Assembly (NCBI GenBank): GCA_963703465.1
Contig: CAVPEQ010000014.1
Coordinates: 50,839 to 114,838, forward strand
Origin: an uncultured Acidobacteriota bacterium
GTDB taxonomy: Bacteria; Acidobacteriota; Terriglobia; Terriglobales; Acidobacteriaceae
Reading direction: 5' to 3'
Length of the DNA: 64,000 bases
The notes beneath the pieces are model-generated. The model ran no database searches, was not told the origin of the DNA, and saw only the letters and a program-made list of their open reading frames with translations. A program made the translations under genes and the position numbers. Positions 56,040-64,000 of the stretch are shown piece by piece (positions within the stretch are counted from its first letter, which is position 1; each line of letters starts with the position of its first letter).

Positions 56040-56885
56040 ATGTGCCTACGACGCCAAATCGAGCTCAGCTTTGCCGCCATTATATTGATGGCTTTACCTT
56101 CATGGGGGACAACTGAAACTTTGTCTTTGCCCCCTTTAGATCACGGTTTTCAGCTGCTCTACAGTTTGGATTTCGACGCCGCCCATGGAATTTTTGCTTC
56201 GTGGGAGCAAAGCCACCCCGACGATCCTATGGGACCGACCTGCGATGCCGCAGGACTGCTGTTTTCGGAGTTTCACCGCTTAGGGGTTTTAGAGGCCCAG
56301 TTCTTCGAGGACGACAAGAAATTTGAATCGCGCCAAAAGTTGGCGCCTGATCCGGCGATTCGCACCCGGTTCGATGCTGAGGTCCGGAAGGCTCAGGATA
56401 TTGCGCACAGTCTCCTGGCCAAGAATCCGAAAAATCGCGACGCGTTGTTTGCCTTGACCCTGACCAACGGCCTGGAAGCCGACTATGCGGCTTTGATCGA
56501 CAAACGCAATGTGGCTTCTCTGCACTATACGAAGGAAGCCAACGTCTGGGGACAACAAACACTCACAGTCGATCCGGAATGTTATGACGCACACATTGCC
56601 GGCGGGATCAGTAAATATCTAATCGGCAGCATGGCGGCTCCAGTTCGCTGGCTGGTACGCCTGGGTGGAGTTTCAGGCGACAAGCAAGAAGGAATCAAAG
56701 AGTTAAAGCTGGTCGCCGACCGCGGGCATTATCTTGCCCCGTTCGCGAATATTCTGCTGGCCATCGCATATGTGCGCGACCACGACAAGCCGCATGCCCG
56801 AGAATTACTGGCCTCGCTCCGGACTGAGTTTCCGTCCAACCCGCTTTTCGGGCAGGAGATCGCGCGTATAGATTCGGGCCGCTAG
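56040..56885 (+). CDS. hypothetical exported helical protein
   Basis: Signal-like N-terminus; helical repeat-like body; no recognised domain. Confidence 0.5.
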   Translation: MCLRRQIELSFAAIILMALPSWGTTETLSLPPLDHGFQLLYSLDFDAAHGIFASWEQSHPDDPMGPTCDAAGLLFSEFHRLGVLEAQFFEDDKKFESRQKLAPDPAIRTRFDAEVRKAQDIAHSLLAKNPKNRDALFALTLTNGLEADYAALIDKRNVASLHYTKEANVWGQQTLTVDPECYDAHIAGGISKYLIGSMAAPVRWLVRLGGVSGDKQEGIKELKLVADRGHYLAPFANILLAIAYVRDHDKPHARELLASLRTEFPSNPLFGQEIARIDSGR

Positions 56886-57165
56886 ATTTCTAATATTGGT
56901 CGCGGAAACCGAGCGACACCATTCTGCAATGAACTGAATTTTCCTCTACTTTGCCTCCGGTAGATCACTCTATCCCGGGAACCGTTCTACTTCTTGGAGC
57001 GATCACCACCGAAATCATAGTTAGATTTTCCGGGTCGAAGCAATCAGGTCAATGGAACAAACCGCTAGCGCTTGGCGTACTGTGATGTGTAATCTTGATT
57101 GAGTTTTTGGAGATGGGCTTTAGGTCAGCTCGCCATCACCTTTCTATGAGCCGGGGAGAAAAATT

Positions 57166-57726
57166 ATGCGCCCAATAACATTTCTCTTGGGACTGTTGAT
57201 CACCATACTTGGCCCCACAATAAGCGCCACCGCACAGAGTGAACGGTCCGGCGAGCCAATGTCTCTTGCCATCACCTTCAGTGATGGCCACCATCAAAGC
57301 ATTCCGCTGGATGAAATCTCGCGTATCGAGTTCAAGTCCGATCCGGTCGTCATCTTCAAAGATGGACGTCAGCAAAACATGAAGAACGTGGCTCGCATTG
57401 AGTTTTCTTCGGAGACAAAAGAATTGCCATTCGGACGAAATCGTTTCGTCGGTAAATGGGAAGTTGGCGTCGGCGCTTTCGGCGGCGGGCATTTCTTCAT
57501 CACGCTTGAGCCCAACGGTGAAGCGCGGAAAACCCTCGGCTCTAGTCATGGAACATGGGCGGTAGTCGATGGCGAAGCGCGCATCAACTGGGATGACGGC
57601 TGGCATGACGCAATTCGCAAGGTCGGCTCCAAGTATGAAAAACGCGCCTACGAGCACGGCAAGACTTTTTCTGATGAGCCCTCAAACGTGACTGACGCGA
57701 AAAACACCACGGCTCAACCGATCTAG
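57166..57726 (+). CDS. hypothetical exported protein
   Basis: GGGGAG RBS; signal peptide MRPITFLLGLLITILGPTISATAQ. Confidence 0.55.
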   Translation: MRPITFLLGLLITILGPTISATAQSERSGEPMSLAITFSDGHHQSIPLDEISRIEFKSDPVVIFKDGRQQNMKNVARIEFSSETKELPFGRNRFVGKWEVGVGAFGGGHFFITLEPNGEARKTLGSSHGTWAVVDGEARINWDDGWHDAIRKVGSKYEKRAYEHGKTFSDEPSNVTDAKNTTAQPI

Positions 57727-57888
57727 AGAAAGTTTTTCACCGCGGACTGTTAAGAATATAACTGCTGAAATGAAGCTGTAGGACTCCGCAATTCTTATTG
57801 CTACACTCTCTGCTTGCGTGCGAGGACGAACTTTTCTCTCCCTCTACGCGTATCCTTAGTTGCACACGGTTTGGGGCTGGTCTCGAAA

Positions 57889-57993
57889 GCAGCTTTCAGC
57901 CGTCAGGAAAAGCAATGAGCGAACCGTGCTGCGGGTCAATATCCACCCAAAGAGCGATGAGTGTTTTTCCTGATGGCTGATGGCTGAAAGCTG
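57889..57993. repeat. intergenic palindromic word-repeat element, family C (second locus)
   Basis: Left arm is cagctttcagccgtcaggaaaa (57889-57911). Right arm is ttttcctgatggctgatggctgaaagctg (57964-57993), the reverse complement with one extra heptad. Confidence 0.8.
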
Positions 57994-58028
57994 AGTCGCA
58001 ATCCGTAGATGATTCCGGGGAGTAAGTC

Positions 58029-58628
58029 TTGGAAGACGCCCAAGTGGCTGCTTTGCTGGTCCGTCGCTGCATTGCTGGCGATGCGGTCGCTTGGGATGAA
58101 ATCGTTCAGCGGTATCATCGTCGCATATATAACATTTGCTATCGATTCGCTGGCTCCGGCGACGACGCGCAGGACCTCACCCAGGAGGTCTTCATCAGAA
58201 TGTATCGGACACTCCATTCCTACGACGTCGGTCGAGGCGCATTTATGACCTGGGTGACGACCTTGACACGAAACCTTCTGGTCGATCATTTCCGCAAAAC
58301 CAAGCACGACCGGCTCACCGACTCTTTGGACGCCTCCGCCTCCAACGATCCGGATGCTATGCCGTTAAGCGAACGCATTCCCGACGAAGGCCCGGCTCCC
58401 GACACCGGCGTTCAGAGCCGCGAAACCCGCGACGCCGTACACCAGGCTTTGCAGAAACTCTCTCCCGAGCTCCGGGAAGCAGTGATTTTAAGGGACTTAC
58501 AAGACATGGATTACCGTGAAATCGCCACGGTACTAAAGGTACCGGAAGGCACCGTTAAATCAAGGATTAACCGGGGACGTGCGGAACTTGCGCGCCTCCT
58601 ACAACGTACATATAGGCAGGTGATGTGA
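58029..58628 (+). CDS. ECF (sigma-24 family) RNA polymerase sigma factor
   Basis: Region 2 (DAQDLTQEVFIRMYRTL, FMTWVTTLTRNLLVDHFR) and region 4 (LRDLQDMDYREIATVLKVPEGTVKSRINRGR). Confidence 0.9.
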   Translation: MEDAQVAALLVRRCIAGDAVAWDEIVQRYHRRIYNICYRFAGSGDDAQDLTQEVFIRMYRTLHSYDVGRGAFMTWVTTLTRNLLVDHFRKTKHDRLTDSLDASASNDPDAMPLSERIPDEGPAPDTGVQSRETRDAVHQALQKLSPELREAVILRDLQDMDYREIATVLKVPEGTVKSRINRGRAELARLLQRTYRQVM

Positions 58629-59443
58629 TGCCAGGAAAAGAAGATAACCGGATGAGCTGCTCGGAGTTCGACGCGCTGCTCAGCCAGGCCATAGATGGCA
58701 GTTTGGCCGGCGAAAAACTCGCATCATTCGAAGCCCACGGACGCGTGTGCCAGCTTTGTGGCCCCCTGCTCCATGAGGCCGAGGCAGGACGTTCCTGGCT
58801 GAAGTCTTTGGCTGATGTAGAGCCCCCGCCTGAGCTGGTCACCAACATTTTGCTGCGGACGAGCGGCGTGGTCTCCGCCCAACGTCATGTTGCCGGAAAG
58901 ATGGAGACCGATTCTTGGATTGGCCGTATTCGCAACTGGGCCGGAGTCCTCGCTTCGCCTCTTATCGCAATGGCAAGGCAGCCGCGGTTTGCCATGTCAT
59001 TCGGAATGGCTTTCTTTACTTTGTCCGTGACGTTGAGCCTGGCTGGCGTTAAATTGAGCGACATCCGGCATATGGATCTGCGGCCAAGCGCCATCCGCCG
59101 CACTTATTACGAAACCAGTGGCCGGGTGGTGAAGTATTACGAAAACATTCGTTTCGTTTATGAAATCGAATCGCGGGTGCGGCAGTTCAAAGAGGCTGCA
59201 GCGCCGGCCGAGCAACCGGCTCACCAGCAGAACGACAACGAGCGGAAGAATAAAACCAAAAACGATAACAGTGAACAACCCGAACAAAAACAAGAGCGTA
59301 ACAACTACAGCCGGGAGGGGAATCAACCGATATATGCGGCTTCCCTTCCTGCTTACCGGGGACCCGAACCAGTGCACTTTTCGAGCGTTGGGGAGCCAGA
59401 GCCAACTGTAGTGTCGGTGACCACTTGCAGGAGGTTCTCATGA
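58625..59443 (+). CDS. anti-sigma factor (zf-HC2) with one TM segment
   Basis: HGRVCQLC (Hx3Cx2C) near the N-terminus and TM segment FAMSFGMAFFTLSVTLSLAGV. Start overlaps the sigma-factor stop. Confidence 0.75.
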   Translation: MMPGKEDNRMSCSEFDALLSQAIDGSLAGEKLASFEAHGRVCQLCGPLLHEAEAGRSWLKSLADVEPPPELVTNILLRTSGVVSAQRHVAGKMETDSWIGRIRNWAGVLASPLIAMARQPRFAMSFGMAFFTLSVTLSLAGVKLSDIRHMDLRPSAIRRTYYETSGRVVKYYENIRFVYEIESRVRQFKEAAAPAEQPAHQQNDNERKNKTKNDNSEQPEQKQERNNYSREGNQPIYAASLPAYRGPEPVHFSSVGEPEPTVVSVTTCRRFS

Positions 59444-60438
59444 ACTGTGCTAATCATCCACAATCGCCGATTGCGGCTTACTGCCGCACCTGCGGCAAAC
59501 CGCTGTGCGCAACATGCAGTCGTCCTGTGATGGGCGTCGTATATTGCGAGAACTGTCTGGCAGACCGCGTGGGCGCGGCCGCACCACCGCCGGCGAATCC
59601 GTATCCGCAATCGAGTTCTTTTCAACCGGTGGGTTCGTATCCGGCGGGGGCTGTTCCCCCGCGAACGCCTAGAACGTCCGGCCCGAATCCCGGACTAGCG
59701 GGAATACTGGGCGCAATTCCGTTCGGGGTAGGCGCTATATACAACGGGCAGTACACCAAGGGCTTAGTTCACTTGGGAATTTTTGTCGCTCTGGTGGTCG
59801 CCCTGAGTTCGAATCTTGCCGACTACTGGTACATCATCCTCGGCATTGGGATGGGCTTCTTTGTCGTCTACCAAATTCTCGACGCCATCCATACCGCTAA
59901 GGCAATTCAGGCAGGCCGTCCCGCACCCGATCCATTCGGCCTGACCACAGCTTTTAGTCCGGGCGACACGCAGGCGACTCCTGGGCAGCCTCGAGATTTC
60001 ACCAAGAGTGTACCTACAGGCGCAGTAGTTTTGATCGCGCTGGGTGTACTTTTCCTGCTGCATAACCTGGGGTGGTGGTTCCTTCGCGCCGATGTCCTGG
60101 GTCCGTTGGTCATGATCGCGATCGGGGTCTGGCTCTTGTCGAAACGTCTCGCCTCACCCGGCGGAATTGCAGGATGCGGCGCTCGGGGACTGATGGGGCC
60201 TGCCGTCCTCATGACCATAGGGGCGCAGTTTCTACTGAACAACCTGGACATAATTCAGTTTGGAAAAACTCTGCCCGTGCTCTTGATCGTGATTGGAGTG
60301 GTGCTGGCGGTACAGCGTACTGCACATCATTCCGGCGATATCTACCCGCCTCCACCTGTGCCCGGATCTAACGGAACGGAAGCACCTGCCCCGGCAGCAG
60401 AAAATCCGGTGCCACCTTCGGAGGTGAAAAATGGCTAG
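59440..60438 (+). CDS. B-box-type zinc-finger membrane protein
   Basis: MNCANHPQSPIAAYCRTCGKPLCATCSRPVMGVVYCENC. Multiple TM hairpins with LIALGVLFLLHNL / LMTIGAQFLLNNL motifs. AGGAGG RBS; ATGA overlap with the upstream stop. Confidence 0.7.
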   Translation: MNCANHPQSPIAAYCRTCGKPLCATCSRPVMGVVYCENCLADRVGAAAPPPANPYPQSSSFQPVGSYPAGAVPPRTPRTSGPNPGLAGILGAIPFGVGAIYNGQYTKGLVHLGIFVALVVALSSNLADYWYIILGIGMGFFVVYQILDAIHTAKAIQAGRPAPDPFGLTTAFSPGDTQATPGQPRDFTKSVPTGAVVLIALGVLFLLHNLGWWFLRADVLGPLVMIAIGVWLLSKRLASPGGIAGCGARGLMGPAVLMTIGAQFLLNNLDIIQFGKTLPVLLIVIGVVLAVQRTAHHSGDIYPPPPVPGSNGTEAPAPAAENPVPPSEVKNG

Positions 60439-61912
60439 CACCACGCAAGTTCCTCCAACCATGCCACCGGTTCGACCGCCGCGGCCTCCGCGTTCATTGG
60501 CTGGTCCGGTCGTGCTGATCGTAATTGGAATTTTCTTTCTCCTGGGGAATATACACATTCTCTATTGGCATGATTTGGGGCGCTGGTTTGCTCACTTCTG
60601 GCCGGTATTGCTCATTCTCTGGGGAATCATCAAGCTGGTGGAGTACCAGCAGGCCAACCGCACTGGAACTCGTCCTCCTGGAATTGGAGCGGGTGGCGTG
60701 CTGCTGGTTATTTTTCTCGTCGCCGCCGGACTCATCGCGACCTCAGCTTCCAACTTCGATTGGGGTCAGATTCGCGATCAGATGCATATTGAAGGCGCCG
60801 ACATGCCCTGGTGGGGACACACTTACGACTACAACTCCGATTTGGAGCAAGCTTTTCCTGCCGGCGGCAATCTGCGCGTTACCAACACTCGCGGAGCAAT
60901 TAACGTAAGCACATCGAACGATGGCCGCATTCATGTCACGGTGCATAAACGAATCAATTCTGAGTCGCAGGAAGACGCCGATAAGTGGAACAAGTCAACC
61001 CAACCGCAGATCAGCGCAAGCGGCCAGACTATAACTTTGAACGCCAACACTCGGGGCGCCGGCGACCACTGGGTGAGCACTGACCTCGACATTGCCGCAC
61101 CCCGCAAAGCGTCGGTGGTGGCGTCGACGAGTCATGGCGATGTCAGCGTTATGGGGCGCGACGGAAACGCTGAAATCACGAGTCAGAACGGGGATGTATC
61201 GGTAACTGATCTGAATGGAAGCCTGACCCTAGATCTGCAACACAGTTCCGCTAGGGTTTCGCAGGTTTCGTCGGATGTGACGGTCCAAGGCCGGGCCAAT
61301 GATGTATCCATTGAGGACGTAAAGGGCACGGTACATCTCGATGGCGACTTCATGGAGAGCGTGAAACTTTCGCGTATCGCTAAGCCGGTCAGCTTTAAAT
61401 CCACGCGCACCAACATGGATCTTTCTCAGCTCACGGGCTATCTCAATCTAGATTCCGGCGATCTTGAAGCGACCAATGTTGTCGGGCCGTTTCGCCTGCG
61501 CACCCGTTCCAAAGATATCATGCTGAACGGCATCTCCAACGATGTTCATGTGCAGAACGAAAATGGCGCGGTTGAAATTCATGTCAACAAACTCGGTGGC
61601 CTCGACATAAAAAATGCGAAAGGCGACATTCGCATTTTCCTGCCAGCGAAAACGGGATTTCAACTTGACGCCTCGGCACGCGATGGAGAGATCCAGACCG
61701 ACTTCAACGACCTAAAAATCAGTAACGGCGACGAGCACTCCTCCGCCAATGGCAGCGTGAATGGCGGCGGCCCGCGCATGACGCTCGAGAACGAGCATGG
61801 CACCATCGAAATTCGCAAAGGCACAGCCGCGCCTACGACATCCAAAGCGAGAAACTCAGAAGCACCAGACCGGCCAGAAACTCCAGAGGCTCCGGAACCC
61901 ACAGAAAACTGA
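60431..61912 (+). CDS. membrane-anchored DUF4097 beta-strand repeat protein (putative adhesin)
   Basis: N-terminal TM hairpin (VLIVIGIFFLLGNI). Repeated xxGDVSV / GAINVST / GDIRIF strands. 8-nt overlap with the upstream gene. Confidence 0.75.
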   Translation: MASTTQVPPTMPPVRPPRPPRSLAGPVVLIVIGIFFLLGNIHILYWHDLGRWFAHFWPVLLILWGIIKLVEYQQANRTGTRPPGIGAGGVLLVIFLVAAGLIATSASNFDWGQIRDQMHIEGADMPWWGHTYDYNSDLEQAFPAGGNLRVTNTRGAINVSTSNDGRIHVTVHKRINSESQEDADKWNKSTQPQISASGQTITLNANTRGAGDHWVSTDLDIAAPRKASVVASTSHGDVSVMGRDGNAEITSQNGDVSVTDLNGSLTLDLQHSSARVSQVSSDVTVQGRANDVSIEDVKGTVHLDGDFMESVKLSRIAKPVSFKSTRTNMDLSQLTGYLNLDSGDLEATNVVGPFRLRTRSKDIMLNGISNDVHVQNENGAVEIHVNKLGGLDIKNAKGDIRIFLPAKTGFQLDASARDGEIQTDFNDLKISNGDEHSSANGSVNGGGPRMTLENEHGTIEIRKGTAAPTTSKARNSEAPDRPETPEAPEPTEN

Positions 61913-62005
61913 ACAACTGAGCGCGGCGCGCTCCTTTCAGCGATGTCGCCAGGCTGGGAGTCGGACACGCCGCCGTGGTAAAGTGACTTCCTTCGGAGGC
62001 CTCAC

Positions 62006-62827
62006 GTGACCCAAACTGCCACGCCTGATTTTGCCCAACTCAAATCCAACCTGAAATCTGTCTGGATGGCTGGCGACTTCGGCCAGATTGCAAACTACGC
62101 AGTCCATGCCGGAGTTGACTTCATCGGTCGGACGCCGATCAAAAAGGGCGACCGCGTTTTGGATGTTGCTTGCGGAACTGGCAATGTATCTTTGCCCGCG
62201 GCACGCGCTGGCGCCGAAGTCACCGGCGTCGACATCGCACCGAACTTGCTTGAGCAGGCACGCAAGCGGGCCTCCGCAGAAAATCTGAAGATGCGCTTCG
62301 ACGAGGGCGACGCCGAAGACCTGCCTTATCGCGACGGCGAATTCGACATCGTAGTCACCATGTTTGGCGCGATGTTCGCTCCACGCCCAGAAAAAGCTTC
62401 TGCGGAACTGATTCGCGTGTGCCGCCCCGGAGGATTGATTGCGATGGGCAATTGGACTCCTCAAGGATTTGTAGGGCAGACCTTTCAGGTCAGTGCAAAA
62501 ATGGCGCCGCCTCCGCCGGGAATTGTGCCGCCCGTGCTTTGGGGCGATGAAGCCACAGTCAAGCAACGTTTTTTCCACGGCGTTTCAAAACTGACGCTCA
62601 CCCGGCATAACGTGTCCTTCGAATATCCCTTCGGCCCGAAAGAGGTCGTAGCATTTTTCCGCCAATACTTCGGGCCCACGCAGGCGACATTCGGGCGTCT
62701 CGATAAAGCTGGCCAGGATTCGCTAACCTCGCAGTTGGAGAAATTGTGGGTCGAGAACAATGAAGCCACTGACGGTGCCACCAAAGTACAAGCCGAGTAC
62801 CTGGATGTAAGAGCGGTTCGCGCATAA
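62006..62827 (+). CDS. class I SAM-dependent methyltransferase
   Basis: VLDVACGTGN motif I and DIVVTMFGAMF motif; GTG start. Confidence 0.8.
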   Translation: MTQTATPDFAQLKSNLKSVWMAGDFGQIANYAVHAGVDFIGRTPIKKGDRVLDVACGTGNVSLPAARAGAEVTGVDIAPNLLEQARKRASAENLKMRFDEGDAEDLPYRDGEFDIVVTMFGAMFAPRPEKASAELIRVCRPGGLIAMGNWTPQGFVGQTFQVSAKMAPPPPGIVPPVLWGDEATVKQRFFHGVSKLTLTRHNVSFEYPFGPKEVVAFFRQYFGPTQATFGRLDKAGQDSLTSQLEKLWVENNEATDGATKVQAEYLDVRAVRA

Positions 62828-62864
62828 ACCGCGTTCCTCTCGCCAGTGCGGATAATATTGATGC

Positions 62865-63863
62865 ATGAGGTCGCCATCCCCTACCGCCGAAGGCTTCCGT
62901 CTTATCTTCCGGCGATCAGCTATTCCGCTCGCTGAAATTGCCTGGCGCTGGAGCTTCGCCGCCGCGTTTTGGTTTATGACCGCAAGCTTTTTCGTGGAGT
63001 ATGCCGATTCGCTGCCGTCAAATCGAGTGGACCGTTTGCTGCTTGGAACGCGACAACCAGAGCTGATTCTGCGCGCACTACACCGAATCCTTCACGGCAG
63101 CGGTCTGCGGTTCACTCTCGGCGGCATTGTGCTCGCCGTCGGGCTAATTATTCTTTGGATAGTTCTGGCATCCGTTGGCCGCTCGGTCACGCTAACTGCG
63201 ATGATGCACGAACTGGAAATCATGCCATCGTCGAGTTCGCGGCGAGGAGTGCTCTCCTCTCTGCTGGCATTAAACTTTCTACGCGCTGCAGCCGCATTTG
63301 CCGCACTCTTGTCCGCAATCGGCGCCATCTTTCTTACAAGTGGATTTTGGGCTTCGACCCATGTGTCAGCGTCGGGCGCCGTACGCTTTTGGCTTTTCCT
63401 GCTTCTCCTGATTTGGACAGCATGGGCAATGCTCAACTGGATGCTTTCGACCTCATCCGTGTTTGTTGCAGTGGATCGTGTCACAGCCTTCACCGCAATT
63501 TCATTGACACTCGGTTGGTATCGCGACCGGCTTGGCTCTGTACTCGCTACTGGGACATGGTTCGGATTGATTCACGGCGGGACATTTCTGATCGCCTACA
63601 GCGCAGGATTTACCGTCCTCGGGATGGCGCACATTCTGGGTGGTGGCCGGACGTTATTTCTGGAGATCCTGATTATGGCCGCCTATTGCGCAGTCGCAGA
63701 TCTGCTTTACATCGGGCGCCTGACCGCATATCTGGCGATCATTCGCCGCGGGGATTCATTCGATCTTGCCGAACCGCAAACGCCGCCTACATTTCCCAGT
63801 ATTGAACGCACTATCGACCAGAATGAATTGATCCTAAGCGATGTTCCGCTACCCGCCATGTGA
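62865..63863 (+). CDS. hypothetical polytopic membrane protein
   Basis: About 7 hydrophobic segments; no recognised domain. Confidence 0.5.
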   Translation: MRSPSPTAEGFRLIFRRSAIPLAEIAWRWSFAAAFWFMTASFFVEYADSLPSNRVDRLLLGTRQPELILRALHRILHGSGLRFTLGGIVLAVGLIILWIVLASVGRSVTLTAMMHELEIMPSSSSRRGVLSSLLALNFLRAAAAFAALLSAIGAIFLTSGFWASTHVSASGAVRFWLFLLLLIWTAWAMLNWMLSTSSVFVAVDRVTAFTAISLTLGWYRDRLGSVLATGTWFGLIHGGTFLIAYSAGFTVLGMAHILGGGRTLFLEILIMAAYCAVADLLYIGRLTAYLAIIRRGDSFDLAEPQTPPTFPSIERTIDQNELILSDVPLPAM

Positions 63864-63876
63864 GGCGATCAAGAAT

Positions 63877-63979
63877 TTCCTTCGTGATACTTCGTGGCCT
63901 TCGTGGTTAATGGTTGAATTGTTCGGCTGCAGACTTTAAAAGCATCAACCACAAAGGTCACAAAGGAGCACGAAGGGCC
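63877..63979. repeat. intergenic palindromic word-repeat element, family A (second full copy)
   Basis: Left arm is ttccttcgtgatacttcgtggccttcgtggttaatg. Right arm is caaccacaaaggtcacaaaggagcacgaaggg. The left arm differs from 1905-1940 at only a few positions. Confidence 0.8.
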
Positions 63980-64000
63980 TTCCGCTTTTTTGGTGGAACT

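Overview
Mostly housekeeping chromosomal segment. It looks Acidobacteriota-like, an inference from two VWFA-related acidobacterial-domain proteins, an orphan duplicated FtsX/MacB-type ADOP permease and several DUF4097/DUF4139 envelope proteins. I can support about 60 protein genes and one tRNA-Ser(CGA). I recognised no rRNA, CRISPR array, transposase, integrase or phage genes. Recognisable content: DNA repair and maintenance (UDG, RuvC, RecJ, RecQ, SMC, a ligase-only plus primase-polymerase-only pair, TadA, QueG); central metabolism (PFK, SdhB-like Fe-S subunit, PurC, glutaryl-CoA-type acyl-CoA dehydrogenase); a kdgK-eda cluster with secreted beta-helix and TIM-barrel-like proteins next to the tRNA; two cyclophilins; a higBA toxin-antitoxin pair; a REC-PilZ-PilZ protein; and a four-gene ECF sigma / anti-sigma / B-box membrane / DUF4097 operon. 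Three things stand out. (1) Nine reading-frame breaks in seven otherwise well-conserved genes all resolve by skipping exactly one nucleotide. This is most likely a systematic insertion artefact, but it is testable. (2) At least five families of intergenic palindromic elements are built from tandem 7-10 nt words. They occupy most of the larger intergenic gaps, and three families recur within the window. (3) The ligase/Prim-Pol pair has no Ku gene in the window, and the polymerase carries a long C-terminal extension, resembling the mycobacterial LigC/Prim-PolC arrangement. I found no clear novel multi-gene defence system. The uncharacterised candidates are listed with modest scores. All functional calls come from reading the translated ORFs by eye; no database search was run.
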